Made by a program: the position numbers and the translations under genes | NCBI GenBank assembly: GCA_030141605.1 | Contig: JAQGDQ010000029.1 | Span: 558,001-622,000 of the forward strand | DNA from: Tubiluchus corallicola | Lineage: Eukaryota; Animalia; Priapulida | Length of the DNA stretch: 64,000 bases | Direction of reading: 5' to 3' | Shown here: piece after piece, positions 23,794-36,583 of the stretch | Layout: every line of letters starts with the position of its first letter | Position numbering within the stretch: position 1 is the first letter of the stretch | Notes under the pieces: model-generated | What the model was told of the DNA's origin: nothing | Database searches by the model: none | What the model saw: only the letters and a program-made list of their open reading frames with translations

Positions 23794-23942
23794 TCGTAAG
23801 ATGGTTAATGTGGACCATTGTTTTGTTTCAATCAATTAGTTATGCCTGACATACTTGGCATCGAGGGCCGTCGACAGCACAATATTCAAAATGGCTGATA
23901 AGGTAAATGCCGTTTAACGTGACGCATGTTTGGCTTTTTTAG

Positions 23943-24054
23943 ATCCGCCGAATTTCAAGAGCAAAATTACTGCGACGGATACTGGCATCACGTTTGTGGT
24001 AGTCACGACTCGACTACAGGAATGTTCACCGTTCACTTTGATTGTGGAGAAACG
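23943..24054 (+). CDS. Pentraxin gene exon with signature motif
   Basis: TTTTTTAG acceptor, GTTAGT donor, phase 2 to 0; SAEFQEQNYCDGYWHHVCGSHDSTTGMFTVHFDCGET matches the pentraxin/LamG-like pattern DG.WHH.C..W.S..G. Confidence 0.85.
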
Positions 24055-24856
24055 GTTAGTAGCCTAATGATGACAGTGGCGGCTCGTGTATAGGTACAGT
24101 GGAACTGCAGCACCCCTTATTTTCATTCAATATTATCGATAATATTCAATATAATAAGTCTATTTTTCTGAAGCTTTTATCTTTATACTTATACGGAACC
24201 AGAGCACGTGAAGGTACTGTTTACTTCACACCCCAGCACAGTGCGTTCACAGCTCTAGCAACGTGGTGTTTGGTTGTTGTGCGCATGCGGCCATGCGCAC
24301 ATGTCTGAATCCAGGTAGAGAAAGTACTGTCGCACACACAATTTGTTGTCAGTTGTCAAGTGCTTACCGTGGATGGATCAAGCTTGAACTGCAACAATTT
24401 AGGCTATTAGTAAGCAAAAAATATTCTTTTCTTTTTAGGATTTTATCAAATTTATGTATAAACCTTCATATGTTTGTTTAAAATTACATGTTTGTTTTCT
24501 TTTACACAGTGTTAGAACAATGGCTAAACATTTTCTGAAGCAACACCACCACAGAGCAGGCACTGAATTAATGAAAATAAACATTTGACAAATCTAAACT
24601 TACCAACTTACGAACTATTGAGTTTTCGATCATTTTGCTTTAGCCACATTTTTAAGGTCTATATGATATTTTCTATCGTTACCAATTCCGAATTTACAAA
24701 ATTCATTGCCTGCCATTTGCATAGAAAGAAACGTCAAAGACGCGCAATAGTTTACGTGATGTAACTTTGGGCAATAGAAAATGATAGAAAAACGAAAAGA
24801 ATGGAGAAACAGTCGTTTGAGAGACGGAGGCAGACAAATACACACACACAGACAGG

Positions 24857-24861
24857 GAGAG

Positions 24862-24923
<62 letters not shown>
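24857..24923. repeat. (GA)n microsatellite
   Basis: Directly visible. Confidence 0.95.
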
Positions 24924-24925
<2 letters not shown>

Positions 24926-25837
24926 TCAGGGAGAAAGGAAAAACGAAAAACATAATCAGAATTTACACAAGGGACAGAGCATTTATTTGTTTTTATTCTG
25001 AAGCAGATTCACAGTACTTTGGGTATTGACTTAAACCTAAAATAAAATGAATAAATTGAATAGCGCCTAGTACCAACTTTGGTCCCTGTGATATGTGGGG
25101 CAGCCCTTGTGATATAGGGCGCTTTCGTTATGGCACCACAAACACTTTTTTCTACTAATTTCTGATACGTGCTGACACGTGGGTTCAGCGAACCTTTCCA
25201 TTTAAGCATAGTTCACAGACATATTCCGAACAGAAGCAAACAAAACAGTTTTTAATATTACCGATAAAATCTTGGTTTAATGAGATAATAAGGACTAAAA
25301 ACAATTCACTTTAATCCAAAACAACCACAAAGTTGTTCTAATTACAAACGACGTTTCTAGATAACCTACGATAAACAGAAGACTAGTTAGCCCAACCCAG
25401 GTGAGGGAGAAGGATGTAAGGTAAGTATACTTATCAGTTGTAGTGACTGCAGACGGACACTGTCGGATTCCAACGTTTGACGTTCTCCATCACTCTGGAA
25501 GCTGGAATAACGTGACTAACTGGTTATGCGAACTTCGTGTTGAACAGTTACTCTTCCAAAGCTCGAGCAGGGGGTGGAGTCTTACGTGGCCGCTCTTGTA
25601 CATACGTTCTTTTTTTAATAAAGTTTGTTATTTTTTATTATTGTTGTTGTTGTTGTTATTCAACTTTTAACTGTAATTTTAAATTTTACAGAACTAACAG
25701 AAGATAGTCAATTGCATTTGAGTTTGCATTTCATGAGATAAATCTACGCTATTTGGCCGAGCGAACGTACTAGCAACGTACGTGGAAACTCAAAAGTGTG
25801 CGTTCAGCCATATAGTGTTTTCGTTACTTTATTCCAG

Positions 25838-26107
25838 GCAGGTGGCGTAACAGATTCATTCCCCGCTGGCGAAGGACAAACTGGCGGACCGGACTTAAGA
25901 AACATTGGCGATGACGAAATATTTGGCTCTCTTGGTGGCGCATTTGATGGTACGAAAGACAGAGACATGCTTGGGTGCCTGACTGATTTTAATTTTTATG
26001 AAGGCATCTTTACACAGCAACAAATTCTGAAGCATTGTAGATCGTGCAACAGTAATGATGGAGATATTGTTAGATGGTCTGATTCACGTGATCGACTTCG
26101 TGGAGAG
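25838..26107 (+). CDS. Pentraxin gene exon (domain C-terminal half)
   Basis: TTCCAG acceptor, GAG|GTATGT donor, 270 nt, phase 0-0; LGGAFD...GCLTDFNFYEGIFTQQQI...C...GDIVRW. Confidence 0.85.
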
Positions 26108-26695
26108 GTATGTGTAGGATTAGCTACTGCGCATGCGCGCTCTATTGTATTGTTCTACATTGTTCATAATAATCAGTCTGCTTTGCGTGTTCTTACAGTA
26201 TGCTAGTTGATCACTGCACTCCAATATTAAAGCAAATCTAATAGACAATTTTTTCAGGCATACCACAGTATTGTTGAAAGAAAACAGCTTTTATTAAAAA
26301 TATAAATGCTAAAACTTGTCAAACGTTTCGAGCTGCACTGTAAGCTTTGCCATAAAAATCGTTACTGTTTGTATACTAATTGTACTTTTGTACATTAAAC
26401 TGTCCTATCTGTTAGTTGTACAAGAGTATATTTGTATAAGATTTTTGCTTTATAAGACTATACGCATTTTATATGAATCCTAGCTGTAAAAATGACTAAG
26501 TAAAGTGTGAAAAAGTCACTGCAAAAAGGTTTGTTTCACACTTTCCGAAATGCATAAGTGTTATATGAAATGCCTAGGAATTTGATAAAATGTTTAAATT
26601 TTTCACGTTGCCTGTGTAACAAGTATACTAATAAACAAATTCTAAATTCCGTAAACACGTTTCTATATGCCTATAGAAGTATGTATATGTTGCAG

Positions 26696-26803
26696 GTAAT
26701 TCCGGTAAGACCCAGTGATGCTCTTACAAAGTACGACTTGAGGCAGAAATGCTACAAGCCTTCTCTTACGTCTATCCCCGCCAGGAAGCGCCGATACAAT
26801 TGA
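26696..26803 (+). CDS. Pentraxin gene terminal exon
   Basis: TTGCAG acceptor; GE|VIPVRP matches the CRP-type GEV...P ending; TGA stop at 26801-26803. Confidence 0.7.
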   Translation, partial: VIPVRPSDALTKYDLRQKCYKPSLTSIPARKRRYN

Positions 26804-27131
26804 AGATCAGACAAAAATTGCTGTGAATATCCAGACAGAAATCCACATTATTAGTGACTTGTTCTTTCCTTTAACCTGGCCACTAACCGTAGCAAAAAGA
26901 ATAGGAAAATGTAAAAATTTCTTCTTTAAGTTGTATTTACTTGTTACTAAAGCTTGCGATATATTACTGCATAAAATGCAGCCAGTTGCTGACAGAAATA
27001 AAGGGTTATAGAGAAAGGCGGAAGATCAATCCGTTTGTTCCATTTTTAAAAAAAGACAGAGACAGATTTCCCGCTGGTGCTGATTTCTGTGCTGGTCATG
27101 GCGTCTGCTGTAGTTTTTAACAATTAATGGA

Positions 27132-27737
27132 CGCTCTTGTACATACGTTCTTTTTTAATAAAGATTTATTGTTTTTACTATTGTTGTTGTTGTTGTTGTT
27201 ATTCAACTTTTAACTGTAATTTTAAATTATACAGAACTAACAGAAGATACTCAATTGCATTTGAGTTTGCATTTCATGAGATAAGTCTACGCTATTTGGC
27301 TGAGCGAACGTACTAGCAACGTACGTGGAAACTCAAAAATGTGCGTTCAGCCTCGTAGTGTTTTCGTTACTTTATTCCAGGCAGGTGGCGTAACAGATTC
27401 ATTCCCCGCTGGCGAACTGTCGGACCGGACTTAAGAAACATTGGCGATGACGAAATATTTGGCTCTCTTGGTGGCGCATTTGATGGTACGAAAGACAGAG
27501 ACATGGTTGGCTGCCTGAGTGATTTTAATTTTTATGAAGGCATCTTTACACAGCAACAAATTCTGAAGCACTGTAGATCGTGCAACAATAATGATGGAGA
27601 CATTGTTAGATGGTCTGATTCACGTGATCGACTTCGTGGAGAGGTATGTGTAGGATTAGCTACTGCACATGCGCGCTCTATTGTATTGCTCTGCATTGTT
27701 CATAATAATCAGTCCGCTTTACGTGTTCTTACAGTAT
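27132..27737 (+). repeat. Direct duplication of 25591-26201
   Basis: Near-identical intron-exon-intron block of about 610 bp. Confidence 0.95.
27381..27643 (+). pseudogene. Frameshifted duplicate pentraxin exon
   Basis: Copy of 25838-26107 with a 7-nt deletion (GGACAAA) giving an early TAA; splice sites retained. Confidence 0.85.
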
Positions 27738-28640
27738 ACTATTACTATTATTATTATTATCATTATCATTTGTTTTCGATAAACACGATATATACATCCA
27801 TGTGATTACTATTTAAAAAAGGGTTAGTGCATCAAGAGAAAAATAAATATATAAGTGAATACAGGTTAGTAACAAATACGATCTATAAACAGACGTACAT
27901 ATGATACAAAATTTATAGAAAGTTACATGGAGACGATATGCCTAAGGTTAGTATCGAATTCACTGTCGAATTCATTATCCGTTACAATTTCTTTAATTAG
28001 ATTATCGTTTTCATTTAGCACTGGTCTGCTCAAAACGATATGCGTTTCCTAATACAACCATCAACAGTAACAGTGTATTTATTACAAATACATGTATAGG
28101 CAATGTCAAACCCATAGTCGATGCAAATTTTTAAAATAGCAAAACGAGCAAAGAAACTGATTACTGGATACATAAAATTTAATGATTTTTTTTACAAATC
28201 TGTTAGTGGTAAATGGTAATATATGGTAGAAACCGTTATGAGAGATATGGAAGATTAAACAATTGTGTCTTAGTGTTTCGAGACGACAATTAGTTGCAAG
28301 TTTTGTCATCTTACTTCATAGATTAACATTATGTTGCAGGGTCTCGAATAATAATGTTCATAATAATAATATAAATTAATAAATAATGAACTAGCATTCT
28401 TGCAACAGTTAACAGTCTCATTTTCCACCTAACATTGCAGTTTATTAGTTCTTGCCGTGCTGTTTGTTTACGCCGCGATTTCTTAAAAGTTAAAATTATT
28501 ACTATCCTTTTACGACGGAAGCGTTTTTGGTGGCATTTTTATTTCATAGCTTGAAGAATATTACAGGTAGGTGAGCGAAGTTGGTTCGAGAATTCAGCGT
28601 CTGTAGCCATGAAGGCGTTTACCACACGGCTGAGTTATTG

Positions 28641-28800
28641 CAAGGCTGGCTTGTAAGGTACGGTACATTACAGAATTACCGTACGGTACGAAAAAATATT
28701 CTTAAAAGTGTACGGTACTAAATCACGGTGCGGTATTTTTCTGCAGTACGGTACACTACGGAATTACGGTATTTTTCAGTACCTTTTTCCGTACCATTTT
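28641..28800 (+). mobile_element. hAT-like MITE end with subterminal (TACGGTAC) repeats
   Basis: CAAGGCTGG start followed by many direct and inverted TACGGTA motifs. Confidence 0.5.
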
Positions 28801-29957
28801 TATTCTGTTTCTTGTAACGTTTTCTTCGGTCCAGTAACTCGGCGGGACGCCTTTGTTTTGCTTTAGGGTTTAGCTTTTTAGCAATGATCTCGCATTATTG
28901 TTTTGATATCAGTTATTATTGTTGTACGCTGTCGGAGAATTGGTAGAGTTATTAAATTTTTATTATTTTGAAGAAATTTATGTAAAAATTCTAAATTCTA
29001 TTCGAACCAGCGACCTGAAATTTATAAATTAAGCGCCAATACTTCGGGGAGCATGAAAAAAACATGCTCATACACAGTGTTGGCCTATTAGCCTTTATTA
29101 AAATTTGCTGTGGCATTATTGTAAATTCGTCTCCGTCTCTTTTTCCTGTGAAAAGATAGCAGGTGAATTATGGCTCTATCACAATGTGAAAATAAACACA
29201 AGAACAAGAAACTGACATTCACACTCAGCCTGTTATTACATTCTCTGAAAACATAAAAGAAAGTAAAATCGGGAAGAAACAATGTTATTTACTGTTGAAC
29301 TGTTCAACAGGGATAGGTATGAATCGATTAATGCGGAAAGTCAACTATTAAACTATACTATAGTAGAACAATTTTAACTTGCATGTAAAACTGTGTCGAA
29401 CAGGAAATTTAGTTGCAGTGGTTTTATAGCAAAGTATATACATTTATTTAATTCGATAAACTAAGACAGAACCTAGAATCTAGTTTCATGTATAGTAAGT
29501 TACATGTATAGAATAGTAAGAATGTAATTCACATGTATAGTAAGTTATACTCCTTATTTATAAATCATCGTATATTATGTAGATATAATTTTCTTGTGAA
29601 TAGATACACAATATTATTTTGTGAATTTACATAGCGATGCGCGATATTATTTTAATGAAAATTTCTTCTTCGGGCTTCGTCTAACGAATGTTAACCATCC
29701 AATTTATCGGCTGTTTCTTGAGCCTTTTTGTCCGAAAGGCTGTTTTCGTCTGCGCTGTAATATTAACTTTAATAATTATATCATCTGTAAACACGTGTTC
29801 CATCCTGTTAAAACCAACAATAGCCAAGGCCAGTACAAAGTTACTGCTAAGTAATCATGTCATTAAAAAGGGAAGTAAGAAGGAAGTAAGTAAGTAAGCA
29901 TGCAAGCAAACAAGCTAACTAGCTACCTAATTAGTTGGTTGGTTGGTAGGTTTGTTA

Positions 29958-29993
29958 CAGCAGCAGTAGTAGTAGTAGTAGCAGTAGTAGAAG

Positions 29994-30025
<32 letters not shown>

Positions 30026-30060
30026 GTAGTAGTAGTAGTAGCAGCAGCACTAGTAGTAGT
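29958..30060. repeat. (GCA)/(GTA) compound microsatellite
   Basis: Directly visible. Confidence 0.93.
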
Positions 30061-33000
30061 GTCCTTAAAGTTAAAGAAATGCCTAAATATTAAGAAATAA
30101 AGTACACGCACTTTTCGTTTTCTTGATGTTGTTATTTAACTGCAAACGTTCGTATATTTTTATCGTCTCATTGAAGCCTTCTTTATTATTTCTTCCTTTC
30201 AGACTACAGGACATAAAACACTACAGATTAAAAAATGAGATCGAACTAATAGGTAAAGTAAGTTGGAAACATAATAGTGAATTAATTATGAGTAACCTAT
30301 CGTTTCTATGCCTTAGCGAAGTGGCATCTCATCATTCTTAAATGTTACGCAATTGCTTACCAGCTATTAAGACAGGTATCAAAATTGAAAGGCTCATTGT
30401 GATATGTTTGTAATCACCATAGTAAGCTCTGTAATAAGAACAACAAAATCACAGCCGAAGACAGTGTAGAGAGCCTTTAGGTGGCTGTAGGGAATCCAAG
30501 AGGAGAATAGCAGTTTAAGTTTAAAGGGCCCGTATGGTTAACTTTATACATCACATTACAATTTTGAAACTTTTCGTGCCTTAATTTACTTGAATAAAAT
30601 TGAATAATATCCGATATCACATGATATAAACCGATTAATGTTATAAACCATGCCAGTTTCTAAAAATCACTAATCCTTCATTCTTTTTGCCAGTTACAGT
30701 TACTTTCCATTACAACAATTTGTTATAAGATTTAGCACAAAAGGTTTAATGCAGATAGGAAACACGTGCAATTGAAATAGAAATTTAACTCGGTCAACAT
30801 ACTGAAAACACCTCGTAACAAAGTCACATTTCTCACTCATCACGTAACTGTAATTATACAAACTATTCACTTATCTCTGTGTTCCATTCCTGACTCAGGC
30901 TATCGCACAACCAGTATAACTAGCTGCATTGTTTTTCATCTGATTGTCTCAGAAACCTGATATTTCATTGTACAATTCTAATAGATAATTCAAACTCTAG
31001 ACTTGTTATTGTTGTGCATTAACGAAATATAATATTATTATTAGTTCAGTAGAATTCATCTCCTCGTAATACTATAAGTCGTAGTTGCATTGTACTGGAG
31101 AACTATCGGTAATCTTGGAAACATTTTTTGTGCTAGCACACCACAAACAGCTTCACTAGTAGCACAAGGCTTATGATGATTATCAGCAAGTCAATAAAAT
31201 TATTTAATAATTAATAACAATTATTTAATAACCGATAAGTTCTAAAGCTAAGTGAACTTTTAAGTGCTTCCAGTTTTATCAAATATTTCACGTAAAGTCA
31301 CCTCTTTAATGAAATCTTTCTTTTAACTCACAACTTGCAAACACTGACGCGTATCCAAAGTAACACAGGCTGCTTTATAAGTAATATCGATTCATGAAAT
31401 TAAAATAGCATATACGTAGACAAAAAGCTAGTACAATTAGATTTACTATAAACAGAGCCGGATTTACCTATAGGCTAGAGAGCCTGAACCTCAGAGCCTT
31501 AAATCTGTTCACCAAAAAAAAATGGCTAGAAAAGCAAAATAGTTAAATTCAGCATCTCAAAAATTACCTTAGTGTTACCTTATATAAATTTTTCAATCAA
31601 ATTTCGAAACAATATACTTCTTATTTTCAAATGCTGAAAAGCAAATCAAGTTTGTCAAGCAACATATTTTTTCGAAATCAGCGTGTCGTGTCAAAACTGA
31701 ACCAAAACAAGTGGTTTACAAAAATGTCTGACACTCCTAGAGACCTTTTCTCAAAACGGAATTTTAGAGCATTAAAAGTAGTTTAACAAAGATTGCAAGA
31801 TACAAAACTAAACGTGACCTACTATGAAAACATTTTGCAGTGTGTTTCACTATTCTGATATTCTGCATTTATAAGAGACACTAAGATGACGAGTGAGAAA
31901 ATTCAAAACACTATTATTCATATTATTATAATTGGGGGGTCAATTAATTTTGGACGTGTCATTTATATTGACATGTACAACGATAATCAAATTTTTGCAT
32001 TTCTTCTGGCTTTTAGCAATCAGTTGTTGTGAATGAAAGTAAATCGTTTAGTCGTGCGAGTGCGCCATATTGAGAATAAGTCATTTAAATTTAAATTTCG
32101 TATAATAGGATTATCGTTCATCTTGAAAGAAAGCGCTTGAAGCAACTTAAATTAATTGGAATACTGTGTTGGCGCTTAATAGCAGGGCACGTGCACGTTA
32201 AAGTAAAGCTCAAAAATTGACAGTAGACAGAATTATTAATTTATTACACTAAACACGTTTGTTAAAATAGTAATCTAATCTTTTTTTTATATTTTACTGC
32301 TAAGTGCTTAACTACAAACTACTGCGATTTTGAATTTGTATTGAGAGTAAAAACATGAATTGGTTGCGTACGTACAGGAAAATTTCCCGGTTTGTTATCT
32401 GACTACCAGATTTTGAGAAAATAAATGACACCGGTCAGAGTTTGAAAACCTGCATTCCAAGATGTTCGTTAGTTAAAAACAGATAAACAGCTTATTAGAT
32501 ACCAAAAAGGTATATTCATTGATCTGGTAGAGATGCATCTGATATCAGCTTCAGGGTCTTGAAGGTATGGGGAAAAGTTGACTTTCGTGTTTTTGTACCC
32601 ATAATCACTATGATACTTCCTCGCAAAATCATACTGACTCTGATAACTTCTGATTATTTCAGGAAGTGTTTCCAGGAAACGGTTGACGAACTATGCAGTG
32701 ACATTGGAATATTGTATATCACTTCACCAGATCGCAATTGCCCAGTGCACTATTCCGCCAGTACATTATTTAGTAAGTCGTAATTAATAAATCTTTCTAA
32801 AAACTTTGTAGTTCGTTCACACACGAAATAAAAACACTTTTGCATGTAAAATATATGTGTTTAATGCTGTTTTGTAATATCGTTGGTATAACAACTCGTT
32901 ATATGTCACACTTTGACAACCGTTGTTATAGCAACGTCAGTCTATGAAAGTTTACATTTTAGATCAGAACACCTTGGGTAAGTTCATTTTTAAATTACGA

Positions 33001-33833
33001 AAATTACATTAATCCTTTAGTTTATCTGAAATTTAAAATGCATTACGCTAATTGCTAAAGCATTCACAAAATTGCCATACTTTTCTTGAAAACGCTCCAG
33101 TAATAATTTACAATATCAAATGCTGCAGACAAATAATAAGTAAGTCCAGGCTTATATACCACTAAATTAGTTGAAATAATATTTTTTTGAACAAAATAAC
33201 ATGATCGTATAAATCACGGAAGTATTCTTTAAAATTTTATTTTGTATTTTGTGAACTTTTTGAAAAATATTAAATAATAATAATAAATAAGTAAGCCCAT
33301 GAAGTTGGAGCTGACAATGACGACCGTGAGCTGATGGTATGTGACGGTGATATCACAGGAACGGAAAACATTTTGTTATCTGAGACACTATAAGAGAAAT
33401 TTAAAGAAGACAAACTTGGTTTATTGGTCAAACTGAACAATAAATATCATATTGGTGATTTTTCCTACATATATTAGAAAAGACTGGCTGGCTGTGTTAA
33501 ATTGAATTAAACTGTGTTTAAACTGAGCATAACAAGCTTAACAGTGATGGTGATAATAATGATGATAACGACGAGCATAATGGTGACCAAATTTGATGAG
33601 CAAGACTTCGAGCTTATAATAATAACGATAACGATAATAGTAACGATAGTAATGACAATAACGATAATAGTAACGATAGTGGCGATAATGATAATATTTC
33701 AGAAATTGCTTCTGTTGGTAATGACTTATAATTAGTCTATGCGTTTTTACAGGTTAAGTTTACCAGACAACTTTTGAACTCAGGATCATCAAAAAACAGT
33801 TGACTGCAGTAACATTTAGCATTACTAACTGTC

Positions 33834-35180
33834 ATGTCTCTCAAACTGTCGAATCAGTCAATCGCGTCACTTTTGCTAATGTCATTCATACCTTCGCCCA
33901 GGGCATTCTTCGACACCTTGTTTCCAAATGTGGTGAAACTTTATCCCACCAGGGCCAATAGTCAGGTCCACCAAATTGTCCACCTTACAAACATATCCAT
34001 AGTATCGGTACCCGAGGTTTACTCTGATTATCGACCTGTTAAAGGGCCCTCAGCGCTGTGTATGGCACCAAGAAAAAATCTGTCGATTGTCATTGTCACA
34101 CGAAACATTTTTCTTGAATGTCCTACAGATGCTGTAAATGTAAATATCTATTATGCTAACTCCACAAAAATGCTGATTGCTTTTTGCAAATACACGCATG
34201 TATTCCTGCCCTTTTGGCATCAATATACGAAGGTGTGCATATCTTTTGATATTAATGCCGTCAAAACGAAGCACATTGCGTTTGAATTAGCCGTTTACCA
34301 CATGGATCTGCCTATTCAATGTCAACTAGGCTACTGCCTCCACGGAGGCGTCTGCGCAGAAGTTTCTAGTTTTGGGTTGCAGTACATTAAATGTGCTTGT
34401 CCTTCTGGCTCTGGATATGGTGGAATCCGATGTGAAGAAGACTTAGACGATTGCTTCTCTAAACCATGTCTCTATGGCGGAGAATGCGTCGATGATTTGA
34501 ACTTCTACCGATGCAACTGTCCAGCTGGGTTTACAGGAGCCAATTGTCAAACGGAAATGGACAAATATTGGTCAGGCAGTGATGCCTGTTCGCGTCACGC
34601 TTGCGTAAATGGAGCAACATGTCTGCCAGTACCTAAGAACGCTGTACGAAATTATGAGAATGTTCACATCTCGTATAATTGCTCCTGTCTTTCTGGGTAC
34701 GTTGGTTCGTTTTGCCATATAAATGTGAATGAATGCGCATCAAATCCGTGTAACAATGGAGGCACATGCGTAGATGGTGTGAACTCTTATACTTGTATTT
34801 GTCCGCCAGGATACAGTGGACAGCACTGTACTGAGCAGACAGGATACCTCCTGTACATCAAGTCCAGGTGTAAAAATGCAGATACGTTCGTAGCCAACGT
34901 CTGTCCTACTCGCAGATGTAAGGCGCATAAGCAATGTAAGGCTACGGAGTCATGCTGCGATTTGAATGAGTGTGGCCGGGTTTGCATTGAAGAAGCATTG
35001 CTGATTGAAAAATCTAATGATCCTTTCAGATGGGACATGCTGGTCATTGCCATATTGTTAACTCTTTCAGTGATTGGTTTAGTTATTTTTGGATTAAAAT
35101 ATCTTCGCTGGAGAGAAACTCTACTGAGTGCATCTGTTCGGGTACCAGATCCAAATTCCCCGAGTCACCGGGATACGTAG
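33834..35180 (+). CDS. Single-pass membrane protein: signal peptide, divergent CUB-like domain, 4 EGF repeats, WAP-like domain, TM helix, short tail (448 aa)
   Basis: Notch/fibropellin-type EGFs ([51 protein letters not shown]); 8-Cys WAP pattern; [22 protein letters not shown] followed by KYLRWR. Confidence 0.88.
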   Translation: MSLKLSNQSIASLLLMSFIPSPRAFFDTLFPNVVKLYPTRANSQVHQIVHLTNISIVSVPEVYSDYRPVKGPSALCMAPRKNLSIVIVTRNIFLECPTDAVNVNIYYANSTKMLIAFCKYTHVFLPFWHQYTKVCISFDINAVKTKHIAFELAVYHMDLPIQCQLGYCLHGGVCAEVSSFGLQYIKCACPSGSGYGGIRCEEDLDDCFSKPCLYGGECVDDLNFYRCNCPAGFTGANCQTEMDKYWSGSDACSRHACVNGATCLPVPKNAVRNYENVHISYNCSCLSGYVGSFCHINVNECASNPCNNGGTCVDGVNSYTCICPPGYSGQHCTEQTGYLLYIKSRCKNADTFVANVCPTRRCKAHKQCKATESCCDLNECGRVCIEEALLIEKSNDPFRWDMLVIAILLTLSVIGLVIFGLKYLRWRETLLSASVRVPDPNSPSHRDT

Positions 35181-35525
35181 ATTAAGTTATTGTTGTGTTA
35201 TTTTACATAATTGTAATATTGATACACGTTTGTTATTAATATGAGTACTTTTCATTTGCAATATAATTTTAGCCAGATAATAGACCAAGAAATGACGAAA
35301 TCCATTGTTGAAATCCGGAATGGATTTTTACTGCTCTTTACCTACAGTAAACCGCTTTACCTCTTTACCTACTCGCGTACTTGTAGTACATGTAATATCA
35401 CTGATCAAATGCCGTACATTCGCATCAATTTTCAGACGCTAAAAATTATGCTTTTTGGCAAATTGGCGCTGTTTAATGAGAACGTCAGCAGTAGTTTTTA
35501 TACATTATAGCGTACTATTTGTTAA

Positions 35526-36112
35526 AGCACAAAACCCTCCACTTACATAAAGCTTAAAAATTCGTCTTGAAATTTTATACCACTTATATACTGCCAATTC
35601 GCATGCAGGGTTTGCGTCGGCATAACGCTGTATAAAGCTTGTAACTCCCACAATGACCGTTAGACGCAGCCATTTTGACGACGTCATTTGAAACAGGAAA
35701 AGATAACTCTGGGTAAAGTTTGAAATAATAACCAGAGCATTCGTAGCGGACACATCGCTAAGTAAAATTTTAAATTTCTGTATCTTGTCAATAGGATTAA
35801 AAATACGTTTTTTGGTTAGTGAGTGGCGCACCCTGAAGGACAGCCAGTGACATTTTACCAATTGGCACGCACATTTTAAATTATTATTTCTAGTTACATA
35901 AGTCTTTCAAGTAGGTAGATTTGCATGGAAAGTTTTTTGGGACATTTCCTTTTCTTCCCCTGATTTACGTTTGCGTAGGTGACGTCATGTAATGGCGCCG
36001 TCGGAACAGTATAGCTGTAGATTTAAAACGAAAACAAACAAAAATTCATTTTAATGTGAGTACGATATATGCATAAAATTACTGTAAAGTAATATAATTT
36101 TCAAGGCAATTT
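35526..36112 (-). mobile_element. Kolobok-like element family B, inverted and truncated copy
   Basis: Reverse complement of about 14165-14784; TTAA at 35522-35525. Confidence 0.75.
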
Positions 36113-36583
36113 TCCTATGCACTATAGCGTACTATTTATTAAGTTTTTAAATTTGTCAGGCGATCTAAAGAGATAGCTCATATCTTGCGTTATTTTGACT
36201 TGAAGTTGCTCAATGACATTTACATTTTTAAGCACGTCACTCAACAATAAACGGTTCGGTAGGCTAGCAACGCGATATATGAAGCAACCATTAGGTTTAA
36301 CTATCCATGTCACGGTTCTATACAAATTCTGTGAGTTTTAATTACAGGCTGCTATTATAACAGTGTATGGTTTATACATTATTATGACGCAATGCATATA
36401 GAATGCTTTCAAAAATCACTGCTAACGACCTCAACGAATTCGTTTAATAATTTTTGAGGTCCAAAACAAAACGTTGGAAACAGTGAAGCAATATCCGCAT
36501 TTTTATGCAAATTTAGATACAAAATTAAGAGTAGCGAATATCCTTTCCACCTGAAAAGATATACAAAGTAATATTAATTAATT

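Noticed and set aside
23840-23902. Extra pentraxin exon ending AAG|GTAAAT
   Set aside because: Stop codon in the required phase and only a 40-nt intron to the next exon; the direct 23301-23943 join is already in frame.
25401-25420. 20-nt micro-exon with GTAAGT donor
   Set aside because: No pyrimidine tract at the acceptor and it would frameshift the pentraxin.
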